Of a stretch of DNA of 64,000 nt, positions 17,834-27,819 are shown in pieces. The DNA is taken from positions 14,162 to 78,161 of the forward strand of contig JAYOYH010000013.1 of NCBI GenBank assembly GCA_038153405.1. Reading direction: 5' to 3'. The notes under the pieces were generated by a model, which did no database searches, was not told where the DNA came from, and was given only the letters and a program-made list of their open reading frames with translations. Origin of the DNA: Gemmatimonadota bacterium (lineage in GTDB: Bacteria; Latescibacterota; UBA2968; UBA8231). The stretch's first letter is position 1. Each line of letters starts with the position of its first letter. The position numbers were made by a program, and so were the translations under genes.

Positions 17834-19078
17834 CTATAAAGATGCGCCCGCTCGCTGAGCGGGTAGTGCCGGGATGCGCTCCAAGCAGGCCAGCACGTCG
17901 CGCGGTTGAATGCGCTCTTTGAAGAAAAAAGCCTCCCCAGATAGGTCTTTTAGGTCGTCTTGGCTGACGTTGAGTCGGCTGGATATGGCGATAATCAGGT
18001 CGCTTCGCCCGGCGCGGCGCAGCTTTTCCAGCTTGCGGCGCAGGTATTCGGGGCGCCAATAGCCAACGATTTCGAGCAGGGCCGTGCGGCCGTCGGGATG
18101 GTGGAAGGTGAAGTCGGGTATCATCACCGTCTCTTTCAGATTGATAATTTCGCTCTCGCGCTCCATGTGCCATGCCGTATTCGATTGGGCAAAGCGCGCA
18201 GCAAAGGTCTCCTCGAGCAACGAATCGTAGAGCGTCTGGTCGCGATAGTGCGAGACGAGCGGGCTCTTGTCGTCGAGGATGAACTGTTGGCGCCGCCCAT
18301 CTTTGCGCAGGATATCGGCGCGCATCGACCAGCGCGTACACAGCAATAGAGCGGGCAGGAAAACCGCCATTTGTAGACCGTATTTCTGCGAGTGGCGAAA
18401 GAGGCTAACGGGGCCGTCGAGGGCAATTTCGTAGCCCGCATCGACATCGCCCTCAATCGCGTGAATAAGGCGGTAAAATTTGATGAACTTAAAGAGCTGC
18501 TTATAGCGGTGTGGCAGGTTTTTAAATACGCTCAGATACAGTATTTCGCAGCGATAGAGCATAGCCTGCGCTAAGGCGACGTTGTAGCGGTTGAGCAACC
18601 GATTGGCATCGGGGGCTGTAAAAGTAGAAAGCAGGTGATTTTCGGTCAGGTCCGCATAGAGCCCGCGCTCGATCTCCTCGCTTGAAACTTGGTATTTAAG
18701 GGCCATGTGCTCCAATACGTGCGCGGCCGTGGTCGGGTATAAGGGGCCCGGTTCGCGCACGATGGGATGGTTTTCACGCGCGAAGGAAAATACCTCGTCG
18801 CGCAGCTGGTCGGCGGGGATGGGGCCGTCGATATGAAACTCGCAGTGGTCGTCAAAAAGCAGCTTGTTGAGACCGCGCTGTATGCGATAGTCGGTGCGAT
18901 CGCCCTGATGTGCGTCGAGTGCGGCATTGAGTTGACCGCGCGTGCGGCCCTCGTGTGCTTGAAATAGGGCGATGAGCCCGTCGGCCAATTCAATGAACTT
19001 TTCGTCATCGACGTCGATATAGCGCGGTGCGATATAGGGGCCGCGCGATTGGGTGAGCAGTAGGTCGGATGTCAGCAT
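17834..19078 (-). CDS. DUF790 family (Bax1-like) endonuclease
   Basis: MLTSDLL start, LYADL, RYNVALAQAMLY, LDGPVSLF, IPDFTF...LEIVGYWRPEYLRRKL (PD-(D/E)xK-like). Follows the XPB helicase gene. Confidence 0.88.
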   Translation of the reverse strand: MLTSDLLLTQSRGPYIAPRYIDVDDEKFIELADGLIALFQAHEGRTRGQLNAALDAHQGDRTDYRIQRGLNKLLFDDHCEFHIDGPIPADQLRDEVFSFARENHPIVREPGPLYPTTAAHVLEHMALKYQVSSEEIERGLYADLTENHLLSTFTAPDANRLLNRYNVALAQAMLYRCEILYLSVFKNLPHRYKQLFKFIKFYRLIHAIEGDVDAGYEIALDGPVSLFRHSQKYGLQMAVFLPALLLCTRWSMRADILRKDGRRQQFILDDKSPLVSHYRDQTLYDSLLEETFAARFAQSNTAWHMERESEIINLKETVMIPDFTFHHPDGRTALLEIVGYWRPEYLRRKLEKLRRAGRSDLIIAISSRLNVSQDDLKDLSGEAFFFKERIQPRDVLACLERIPALPAQRAGASL

Positions 19079-19099
19079 GGAGCCATCAAAACGCACATT

Positions 19100-20482
19100 T
19101 TAGGCGGCCGGCTCGTCTTCATTGCGCGCACCGTAGGCTTCGTGACGGCTGCGCTGTTGGCTCATGCGCTCTTCAATCGTATTGGCCGATACGACTTCGT
19201 AGAGCACGGCGCGCTTGCCCTGGCGCCGGCGCAGGATGCGGCCGAGGCGCTGCACGTGTTCGCGGATGGTGGCCGAACCCGATAGCACGACGGCGACGTT
19301 GGCCTCGGGCATATTGACGCCCTCGTTGAGCACTTTGGACGTGACCAGTGCTAGGTAGTCGCCGCGATTGAATTTCTCCAGTATGTGCTTGCGCTCTTTG
19401 GTGCGCGTCTGATGGGTGATGGCCGGTACGAGAAACTGGCGCGCGATCTGGTAGACGGTCTGGTTGTCGTTGGCAAAGACTAGCACGCGGTCGCGCGGAT
19501 GGGCCTTAAATATGTCTTCCAGCACGCGGAGCTTGGCCGTTGTGCCTAAGGCCAGCTGGCGATGGGTGCGGTAGGCCAGCATGGCGCGGCGTCCAGCGCT
19601 GGAGTTCGAAGACAGCTGAACAAAGCGCCGCCAGCCGTTCTGCGTGCCCATGCGAATGTTTTTTTCTTCGAGAAAGTCGCGGTACGTTTGCCGCGCCGCT
19701 TCATAGGCGACGCGCTCTTCGGCTACCATATCCACTTGGCGCCGCTCGATGCGGTACTCGGATAGGTATTCGCCCGACAGCGGGCGGATGCCCTTTTCGT
19801 AGGCGATGGGGCCGACGAGGGCGTCGAGCAAAACGTGTCGCCCATCGGCCCGCTCTATGGTTGCCGTCAGCCCCAGGCGATAGGGCGCAATGCTCATTTC
19901 GGCGCTATGGCTATACATCTCGCCGGGTAGGTGGTGCACCTCGTCGTAGACGAGCAGGCCAAAGCGGTTTCCGTAGCGCTCCATGTGCATATAGGCGCTG
20001 TCGTAGGTGCTGACGGTAAGGGCGGCCAACTCGTGGTAGCCGCCGCCAAGTAAGCCAACGGGGCAGGAGAAGCTCTGCGTGAGCAGGTCATACCACTGAT
20101 TCATCAGGTCGATGGTCGGCACGACGATTAGCGCACTGCGCTGCACGGAGTGGATGGCGTGCAGCGCGACGAGCGATTTGCCTGCGCCGGTGGGCAAAAC
20201 GACAATTCCGCGGCGCCGATGCTGTTCCCAGGCGTCTATACTTTCCCGCTGGTGGGGATGGAGAGCAGGGGTTTGTCCGAGGGAAAGGTCAAGGGTGCGA
20301 TAGCGGGGGGCCGCGTTGTCTACGACAAGATTGCGCGCGCGAAAAAACGCCATGGACTCGCGGTAAAAATGAGCCTGGGCCCGGTAGAGGTCGACGCGCG
20401 CATCCCAGACAAAGGGGCTTGGAATTTCCTGGTCTGCATAGTCGCGTAGCACTAACGTGCCTTCTTCGAAGCAGAGTCGCAT
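19100..20482 (-). CDS. XPB/Rad25 (Ssl2)-like superfamily II helicase
   Basis: VLPTGAGKS, DEVHH, GLTAT, LNEGVNMP, QRLGRILR. Confidence 0.92.
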   Translation of the reverse strand: MRLCFEEGTLVLRDYADQEIPSPFVWDARVDLYRAQAHFYRESMAFFRARNLVVDNAAPRYRTLDLSLGQTPALHPHQRESIDAWEQHRRRGIVVLPTGAGKSLVALHAIHSVQRSALIVVPTIDLMNQWYDLLTQSFSCPVGLLGGGYHELAALTVSTYDSAYMHMERYGNRFGLLVYDEVHHLPGEMYSHSAEMSIAPYRLGLTATIERADGRHVLLDALVGPIAYEKGIRPLSGEYLSEYRIERRQVDMVAEERVAYEAARQTYRDFLEEKNIRMGTQNGWRRFVQLSSNSSAGRRAMLAYRTHRQLALGTTAKLRVLEDIFKAHPRDRVLVFANDNQTVYQIARQFLVPAITHQTRTKERKHILEKFNRGDYLALVTSKVLNEGVNMPEANVAVVLSGSATIREHVQRLGRILRRRQGKRAVLYEVVSANTIEERMSQQRSRHEAYGARNEDEPAA

Positions 20483-20512
20483 ACGTCGATAGCCGGAAGC
20501 GCGCTGGGCCGT

Positions 20513-22276
20513 TTACTCGCTTTGCTGGGCGATGGCCGCGTAGGTGCGCTGGAAGGCCAGACCGAGAACGAGGGCAATACCGCCGCCTGTCAGCGCCACT
20601 TCCCAGCGTCCCACGTACAGGCCCGATAAGCCGATAATGCCGCTACCGATGGCCACGGCGCCCAGCAGTGCCGTTCCCAGGCCGCGGGCGATGGGTGCAC
20701 CGCCGCCGGAAGGAGTTCCGGCCTTTTGGGCGATGGGGCCCCACCAGCCCATGGGGCGCGCCTCCTCGTAGAAGCTCAACAGCTTTTCTTCGGGCTCCGG
20801 TTGGGTTGACAGCGCCACGGCGATCCACAGCAGGCAGGTCATGGCAATCGAGCTGAGCACGATGACGTAGGGCGCATCCGGTCCGGCGTCGATCCAGTGG
20901 GCAAAAACCACAAATTTATTTAAAAGAAAAATTAGCGGTCCGCCGAAGGATGCGGTTAGTCGCGCCGGTCCGTTAAAGCGCCACCACCACCACTGGCCCC
21001 AGTTGGCCGTCAGCTCAGCAGAGGAAAGGCCCAACATAAATACGGCAATATCGATGACGTTGGTCGCTCTTAGTGCTACCGCCAACGATAGGCCCATGAT
21101 GACGACCATGACCGCGCGGCCCACGTTCATATAGTGTTCAGTTTCAGCACCGCGCCGGACAAAGCGCCGGTATATATCGTTGATAAAGACCTGCGCGCCA
21201 AAGTTCATATTGGAGTCGACCGTCGACATAATGGAGGCAAATAGGGCCACTAGCGATAGGCCGAGGAGGCCAGAGGGCAGGTAGTGGCCCAAGAGTAGGC
21301 CATAGGCCAGCTCCTTGTCCATGCTGCCGTCGTGCAGCCCCGGCCACTTTACCATGGCCCCCAGCGCGGGTAGCGTTAGCATCGCTAACATGAGAAAGAG
21401 GACTACTTCAGTCCAAACGTACATGCGGGTTGCCTCGCCGCTGTCGCGGCAGGAAAGCAGGCGCTGGCCCTCCATCGCGCCGGCCATCGGCGCTAGATCG
21501 CCCCCATAGCCTACGGCCGTACCCACCGTCCAGGCGATGATGCCGATCAGGCCCAACATCTCGTGGCTCATGGGCGGATGCCAGCTGACCACGCCCTCGC
21601 CGAACTGCGTCACCAGCGCCTGGTAGAGCCCGGTCGGTCCGCCAAAGTCCTGCCAGACGAGGATCATCAGCACCAGAGAAGATCCGATCATGATGGCCGT
21701 CTGCACGATATCGGACATGACGACGCCCATATAGCCGGATAGGACCACGTAGAGTAGGATAATGGGGATGGCGACCAGGAATGTCTCCGCGCGCGACCAG
21801 CCCAGCAGCACTTCCGATACCTTTGTCAGTCCGAGTAGGCCGGCGCCGGTCCAGGCAACCACGGCGATAAAGGCGCTGCGCAGCGATACCCAAGCGCGCA
21901 TGGTTGAGGCGGCATGGCCGCTGAAGCGCCGTTCGTAAAATTCGGGTGAGGTGAAAATCTTCAGGCGGCGCCAGCAGGCGGCAAATAGCAGCCCGCCGAT
22001 GAGCAGAGCCAGACCAAATCGACTCAAATACCACCAGCATATGAATGTGCCGGTAATTACCGTCATGCCGCAGTAGGCGGGGGCCACGTCGGCATTCATA
22101 CAGGTGACGGCGTAGCTGGTTCCGTTCATCCAGCCCTTCATTTTGCGGCCGCCGAGGAAGTAGTTATCCAAGCTTTCTTGTGCAAAGCGCCGATAATACA
22201 GACCCATGCCGATCAGGAATAGCATATAGATCCCCATCAGGGCGTAGTCCAAGGTGGATAAGCTAACGATATTCAT
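20513..22276 (-). CDS. Sodium:solute symporter family transporter
   Basis: Many TM helices. NYFLGGRKM, SDIVQ, ASIMSTVDS. Confidence 0.9.
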   Translation of the reverse strand: MNIVSLSTLDYALMGIYMLFLIGMGLYYRRFAQESLDNYFLGGRKMKGWMNGTSYAVTCMNADVAPAYCGMTVITGTFICWWYLSRFGLALLIGGLLFAACWRRLKIFTSPEFYERRFSGHAASTMRAWVSLRSAFIAVVAWTGAGLLGLTKVSEVLLGWSRAETFLVAIPIILLYVVLSGYMGVVMSDIVQTAIMIGSSLVLMILVWQDFGGPTGLYQALVTQFGEGVVSWHPPMSHEMLGLIGIIAWTVGTAVGYGGDLAPMAGAMEGQRLLSCRDSGEATRMYVWTEVVLFLMLAMLTLPALGAMVKWPGLHDGSMDKELAYGLLLGHYLPSGLLGLSLVALFASIMSTVDSNMNFGAQVFINDIYRRFVRRGAETEHYMNVGRAVMVVIMGLSLAVALRATNVIDIAVFMLGLSSAELTANWGQWWWWRFNGPARLTASFGGPLIFLLNKFVVFAHWIDAGPDAPYVIVLSSIAMTCLLWIAVALSTQPEPEEKLLSFYEEARPMGWWGPIAQKAGTPSGGGAPIARGLGTALLGAVAIGSGIIGLSGLYVGRWEVALTGGGIALVLGLAFQRTYAAIAQQSE

Positions 22277-22482
22277 AGAGTTCCTCTGCTAGCGGGAAAA
22301 GCGGCCAATCGCTCGTGCGCGCACCCCCTTTAATAGGGAACGGCGGCAAAACCGGCAAGCCCAGTAGGGACTAAACTCGGAGTGCAAAATGCATTGGGGA
22401 GTGAGGGTGGGCATAGGGCGGTGCGTTTGATCGCCCTCCGCCTAATGGCTACATTGGGTAATCTCATGGAAGGAGTGTGCAC

Positions 22483-23439
22483 ATGGCCCATACGAGGAGT
22501 CGCGTCGGTCTGGCGAAGGGCGCCGAGCGCCGCGCCAATGTCTATCGCGCAATGGATTTGGTGCGCGCCGATATCGAGGCAAAGGTGCGCGAGCAAGTGC
22601 TGCTAAAGCCCAATTTTCTCTCCAGCGAAAACCAGCTCGCTTCAACGCACGCCGATGCGATGCGCGGAGCTATCGACTTTTTGCTCTCCGCCCCGCGCCC
22701 GCCCGACGAGATCGTCATCGCCGAAGGGGGCAACGAAACCTATTCGGGCGAGGCGTTTAAAAACTTTGGCTACCATGCCCTGCAGGAGGAGTACGAGGTG
22801 CCGATTCGCTTGGTCGATCTCAATGGGGAGACCGAGTGGGAGGAAACCACCATCTATACTGCTACCCGTCAGGAGCGCACCGTGCGCATGCCCAAGACGG
22901 TGCTCGACTGCCCCTGCACCATTTCCGTTGCGGTGGCCAAGACGCACGACGTCTGCGTGGTGACGCTGGCGCAGAAAAACATGATCATGGGAACCTTGCA
23001 AAAGGAGGATCGCATCTGGATGCACGGCTTTCCATCGCACCCCGAGCGCATCCTGCCCGATGAAGCCCAGGTGCTCAACGTCAATTTGATTCGCCTATCG
23101 CAGTTTCTGAAGGCCGATATTGGCATCGTCGACGGAACCGTGGGGTTGCAGGGCAACGGTCCGGGCGGCACCGACGTGGTCGCGCTGGGTGCCGCCGCGG
23201 CATCGGCCGACGTCTTTGCCGTCGATGCCGTTATGAGCAAGGCCATGGGTTTTGAGCCGATGCAGTTGGGTCTGCTACACTACGCCGATATCCTGCAATG
23301 GGGCGTCGGTGATCTGGAGCGCATCGAGGTGTTGGGTGCGCGTATCGAGGAGGTCGCACAGACTTTTATTCCACATGAGACGACGGCCCAGCAGCTGGAA
23401 TGGCGGGCGCCCGAAGTGGAGCAATACCTGCCGCGATGA
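22483..23439 (+). CDS. DUF362 family protein
   Basis: VLLKPNF, IAEG, KTHDVCVVTLAQKNM, IVDG..GLQGNGP, DVFAVD. Confidence 0.85.
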   Translation: MAHTRSRVGLAKGAERRANVYRAMDLVRADIEAKVREQVLLKPNFLSSENQLASTHADAMRGAIDFLLSAPRPPDEIVIAEGGNETYSGEAFKNFGYHALQEEYEVPIRLVDLNGETEWEETTIYTATRQERTVRMPKTVLDCPCTISVAVAKTHDVCVVTLAQKNMIMGTLQKEDRIWMHGFPSHPERILPDEAQVLNVNLIRLSQFLKADIGIVDGTVGLQGNGPGGTDVVALGAAAASADVFAVDAVMSKAMGFEPMQLGLLHYADILQWGVGDLERIEVLGARIEEVAQTFIPHETTAQQLEWRAPEVEQYLPR

Positions 23440-24863
23440 ACGATCAACGACCGAATATTCTTTGGATTTGCACCGATCAGCAGCGCTACGATACGATCGG
23501 TGCGCTGGGCTACGCGCACGTAGATACGCCGCACGTCGACCAACTGGTAGCCGAGGGCGTTGCCTTTACCCACGCCTACTGCCAGTCGCCCATTTGCACG
23601 CCGAGCCGCGGGTCGTTTTTAACGGGCATGTATCCGAGCGCTATTCACGTGACGGGCAATGGCAACGACGCCTTTCCCGACCACCCGCCCTTGGTCAGCA
23701 AGCTGCTGGCCGATGCCGGCTACGACTGCGGGTTGATCGGCAAACTGCATTTGGCCAGTGCCTATCGACGCATTGAGCCGCGCGTCGATGACGGCTATCG
23801 CTACTGGGAGTACAGCCACGCCCCGCGCGACGACTGGCCCGTTGGACACGGCTACGCCGATTGGGTGCGCGAGCAGGGATCTGCGTTAGGGGAGTTGACC
23901 GACGACCCGCAGGGTGTGCCAGCCGAACTCCATCAGACGACGTGGTGTGCGGAAAAGACGATTGAATTTATGCGCCAGGAGCGGCAGGGGCCCTGGCTGG
24001 CCTGCGTCAACATCTACGATCCCCATCCGCCCTTTAATCCACCGCAGCGCTACCGCGACCTCTTTGATCCAGCGGCCATGCCCGGACCGCTGTTTCGCGA
24101 CAGCGACGTAGCCCAGCAGCAAGCGCTGGCTTCTGTAGACTTTCAATCGCAGGTGCGCCAACCGCACGCGTTGGACATCGGCGATCCGCTCAGTCCAGAA
24201 CGAGGCCGAGCGGCCGATGCCCGGGTGCTGCAGGCGGCTTACTGTGCGATGATAAAGCTGATTGACGACGCGGTCGGGCGCATGATGGCGGCGCTTGAAG
24301 AAACGGGCCAGCGCGACAATACGGTGGTTATTTTCACCTCCGACCACGGCGAAATGCTCGGCGATCACGGGCTGATTCAAAAGGGCTGCCGCTTTTACGA
24401 AGGCCTCGTGCGGGTGCCACTGGTCTTTTCGTGGCCGGAGCACTTTCAACAGGGCGTGCGCAGCCAGGCGCTGGTCGAACTGCTCGACAAAACGCCGACG
24501 CTGCTGGAACTTGCCGGCATACAGCCGCCGGAGCGGATGCAGGGACGCTCGCTGCTGCCGATGCTGGTGGGCGATGCCGGACCCCAGCACCACCGCGATT
24601 TCGTGCGCTGCGAGTACTACGATGCCCTCGACGAGCCCGACGGTTCGTTTGCGACGATGTATCGCGATGAGCGCTACAAGCTCGTGGTCTATCACGGCCA
24701 CGCCTTGGGCGAACTCTACGATCTGGAAGAAGATCCAGAGGAGTTCGAAAATATGTGGGATGAGCCCGAGGCGCAGCCGATCAAATTAGAGCTGATGCGG
24801 CGCAGTTTTGATGCATCGATGCTGGCGATGGATCGCGGTTCACCGCGCGTAGGACCCATGTAG
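23436..24863 (+). CDS. Formylglycine-dependent sulfatase
   Basis: RPNILWICTDQQR, CTPSRGSFLTG (CxPxR), GKLHL, FTSDHGEMLGDHG. ATGA overlap with DUF362. Confidence 0.93.
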   Translation: MNDQRPNILWICTDQQRYDTIGALGYAHVDTPHVDQLVAEGVAFTHAYCQSPICTPSRGSFLTGMYPSAIHVTGNGNDAFPDHPPLVSKLLADAGYDCGLIGKLHLASAYRRIEPRVDDGYRYWEYSHAPRDDWPVGHGYADWVREQGSALGELTDDPQGVPAELHQTTWCAEKTIEFMRQERQGPWLACVNIYDPHPPFNPPQRYRDLFDPAAMPGPLFRDSDVAQQQALASVDFQSQVRQPHALDIGDPLSPERGRAADARVLQAAYCAMIKLIDDAVGRMMAALEETGQRDNTVVIFTSDHGEMLGDHGLIQKGCRFYEGLVRVPLVFSWPEHFQQGVRSQALVELLDKTPTLLELAGIQPPERMQGRSLLPMLVGDAGPQHHRDFVRCEYYDALDEPDGSFATMYRDERYKLVVYHGHALGELYDLEEDPEEFENMWDEPEAQPIKLELMRRSFDASMLAMDRGSPRVGPM

Positions 24864-25714
24864 TGGACTTGTTCGGTCGAGTGCAAGATCGGCGGCAGGT
24901 CGAGCGCGATATCGCGCGCTGGCGCGATGGCCTAGTGGCCCAAGAGCGCGATGCGATCAGCGTGGAGGAACCGCTTGAGGTGCGTATTGGCACGGTGCCC
25001 ATCGCCGTGATTATGCGGACGCCGGGCGACGATTACGCGCTGGCCGCCGGTTTTCTGCTGACCGAGGGCATGCTCTCTGGGCCATCGGCCATCGGCGCCA
25101 TTTCCTACTGTCCAAGCGCTGATCCACCCAACGAGAAGAACGTCGTCGAAGTGAAGCTGGCGGCCGGTCACGCCTTTGACCAAGACCAGCTCAAGCGCAA
25201 TTTCTACGCTTCGTCGAGCTGTGGCGTGTGCGGCAAGGCCAGCATTGAGGCCGTTGCCGCGCGCGGGGGGGTCGTTGCCGGCCATTTTGTCGTCCCTGCA
25301 CAAACGCTGTGCGCATGGCCCGAGCAAATGCGCAGGGCGCAGGCCGTTTTCGCCCAGACGGGATCGCTGCACGCGGCCGCTCTCTTTACGCCCGATGGGG
25401 AGTTGCTGATGGTCTGTGAAGATGTGGGACGCCACAACGCCGTCGACAAAATTATTGGGGCCTATGCGCTGCGCGGCGAGCGCGTGCCGGCTGAAAGCGC
25501 GCTGCTGGTGAGCGGGCGGACGAGCTTTGAAATCGTGCAAAAAGCGCTCATTGCCGGCATTCCCTTTGTCGCCGCTGTATCGGCTCCATCGAGCTTGGCC
25601 GTCGATCTGGCGTCGGCCGGAGGAATGACGCTGGTGGGTTTTGTGCGCGGTGCGAGCTTTAATATCTATGCGGGGCACGAGCGCATTTGCGCTGATGTGC
25701 CTATAATAGAGTGA
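24863..25714 (+). CDS. fdhD: Formate dehydrogenase accessory sulfurtransferase FdhD
   Basis: VEEPLE, MRTPGDD, SSCGVCGK, TGSLHAAA, EDVGRHNAVDK, SAPSSLA. Confidence 0.95.
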   Translation: MDLFGRVQDRRQVERDIARWRDGLVAQERDAISVEEPLEVRIGTVPIAVIMRTPGDDYALAAGFLLTEGMLSGPSAIGAISYCPSADPPNEKNVVEVKLAAGHAFDQDQLKRNFYASSSCGVCGKASIEAVAARGGVVAGHFVVPAQTLCAWPEQMRRAQAVFAQTGSLHAAALFTPDGELLMVCEDVGRHNAVDKIIGAYALRGERVPAESALLVSGRTSFEIVQKALIAGIPFVAAVSAPSSLAVDLASAGGMTLVGFVRGASFNIYAGHERICADVPIIE

Positions 25715-25759
25715 GATACTGCTCAAACGCACAATCGCGCATATCAAGGGAGAGGAGAT

Positions 25760-26632
25760 ATGGCCAAAAACAAGGCTAGTAAAAAACCGCAGCTGCGCCT
25801 GTGTGCGGCGGCATGGACCCTGACAAACTATCCTTCGGCGGAGAAGCAGTGGTCGATGGATCGCAAGGTGAAGGCGGCTAAGGATGCCGGCTTTGAGGGC
25901 TTTAGCGCCGGTCCGCAGCCCGAAGTGGCCGAGGCCTGTGCCAAGCACGGTCTGCAACTGGTTGGCGGGGTCGACGTCGGCACCGTCCGAGAAGCCGACG
26001 AGAAGATGGGGCTATTTAGTGCGGCCGGCGCCGTGCACATCAATGTGCAGCTCTGCGACCACGATACGGAAATATCGAAGGCCGTTACCGTGGCGCGCGC
26101 GGTGGTCGAAGCGGGCGATAAGCACAAGGTGAAACCGGCGATTGAATGGCACCGCGATACGGTTACGGAAACGCCGGAGAAGGCCTTGGCGTTAGCCACC
26201 CAGTATGAGAAGCGCTACGGCGACAAACTCCGCATGAATTTTGACCACTCACACCCGGCCATTACAAAGCAGCTGCGCCCCAATACGTTCTGGCCGCGCA
26301 TTGCCGAATTCCGACCCGACCTGCTGGCCATGAGCGAGTTAATTCACTTTCGCACGTTTACGGGTAGCCACTGCCAGACGCCCATTACCAACGGGCGCGG
26401 CCAATTGGATCCCGACTTTATTACGTGGCGCGATCATTTTCTGCGCCACGTCTTGGAGGCATGGATCAAAGCACAGCGTGGCGCAAAGGAGCTGTGGACC
26501 GTCGTCGAACTGGGTCCCAAGGGCTCCGGCTATGCCCTCGATTGCTTTCCCGATGTGTGGAAAGATGCCATCGTCGCGCGCGGCGAGATCGAAAGCGAAT
26601 TTAAAAAGGCGTTGCGCAGGGCAAAAAAATAG
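25760..26632 (+). CDS. Sugar phosphate isomerase/epimerase (xylose isomerase-like TIM barrel)
   Basis: DAGFEG, EWHRDT, FDHSH, VELGP. RBS GAGGAG. Confidence 0.7.
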   Translation: MAKNKASKKPQLRLCAAAWTLTNYPSAEKQWSMDRKVKAAKDAGFEGFSAGPQPEVAEACAKHGLQLVGGVDVGTVREADEKMGLFSAAGAVHINVQLCDHDTEISKAVTVARAVVEAGDKHKVKPAIEWHRDTVTETPEKALALATQYEKRYGDKLRMNFDHSHPAITKQLRPNTFWPRIAEFRPDLLAMSELIHFRTFTGSHCQTPITNGRGQLDPDFITWRDHFLRHVLEAWIKAQRGAKELWTVVELGPKGSGYALDCFPDVWKDAIVARGEIESEFKKALRRAKK

Positions 26633-26652
26633 ACTGAGTGCAGCAAATGAAG

Positions 26653-26689
26653 AAATCGGGCGGGCCTGCGTGGCGCGCCCGATTTTTTT
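26653..26689 (+). terminator. Intrinsic terminator
   Basis: aaatcgggcg...cgcccgattttttt hairpin between convergent genes. Confidence 0.8.
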
Positions 26690-26708
26690 GTTGAGTGAGT
26701 TGGGACGG

Positions 26709-27494
26709 CTACCAGGCCATCCAGCCGCCGTCGACCGGGACAATCGCGCCCGTCACATAGGCGCTGGCCCGCGAGGCTAGAAAGAGCAGGGCCGGCGCCA
26801 GTTCGGCTGGATCGCCGAAGCGGTCGTTCGGTGTAAAACCGCGCAGGCGCGCACTCATTGCCTCGTCTTCAAGAGCGGTCTCCGTCAGTTCGGTGGGGAA
26901 GTAGCCGGGTGCAATGGCATTGGCCGTTATGCCGTAGCGCGCCCATTCGACGGCCTGCGATTTGGTCAGGCCGACGAGCGCGTGTTTGCTGGTGGTGTAG
27001 GCGCCGAGTCCATGTATCACCGAGGCGCCCACGCCGTAGACCGAGGCGATGTTGATAACGCGCCCGCTGCCTGAGGCTTTGAGTAGATCAAAGAGCCGTT
27101 TGGACAGCTGCCACTGGGCGGTCGTATTAAGGTGTAGGATGGCGTTAAACTCGGCCTCTTCCATGCGGTGTAACGGCACGCGGGTGCCGCTGCCGGCGTT
27201 GGCGACGAGGATGTCGCAGCCGCCTAGGGCGGTCTCGGTCTCGGCCCCCAATCGCTCAATGCCTTCGCTCGTGCTGAGGTCGGCCGCACAGATGCGCAGC
27301 GTTCCTTCGGCTTGGGTCATCTCAGCGGCGAGCGCCTGCAGCTTTTCGGTGCGCCGCGCCGTGGCCAGCACGTCGGCTCCGGCCCGTACAAGGGCGCGCG
27401 CCATTTCGGCCCCCAAACCGCTCGATGCGCCCGTTACAACGGCCTTGCGCCCGGCGCAGCCGAAGAGTTCGTATACGTAGTCCCTGCTATTCAT
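26709..27494 (-). CDS. SDR family oxidoreductase
   Basis: TGASSGLG, ANAG, YTTSK, NAIAPGYFPT, PVDGG. Confidence 0.93.
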   Translation of the reverse strand: MNSRDYVYELFGCAGRKAVVTGASSGLGAEMARALVRAGADVLATARRTEKLQALAAEMTQAEGTLRICAADLSTSEGIERLGAETETALGGCDILVANAGSGTRVPLHRMEEAEFNAILHLNTTAQWQLSKRLFDLLKASGSGRVINIASVYGVGASVIHGLGAYTTSKHALVGLTKSQAVEWARYGITANAIAPGYFPTELTETALEDEAMSARLRGFTPNDRFGDPAELAPALLFLASRASAYVTGAIVPVDGGWMAW

Positions 27495-27819
27495 GATGCC
27501 TGCTTTTTACGCGGGGTATGGAATCCCTAATTCGCCTGTTTCGACGAGTCCAAGTGCTGGGCCCACTCCGTATTGGACGACTGCTGGATTTTTACTTTGC
27601 TGGAGGTTTCGAGGTCGCGCACCGCAAGTCGTCGAGGGAATAGGGTTGTTGGTGAGCACGGGGCGCGTCGGAGGCGTATACGTGCGCCCGATAGATAGGC
27701 CGGAAGATCGTCTACCTATACCGTCGCCCAGCGGGTCAAAGGCCTCGTGGGTGAGGCCATACCCTTCCAATGCGGCATTCACCATAACATCCGTTTTCGT
27801 TGGGTTGGTAGGCGGGAGA

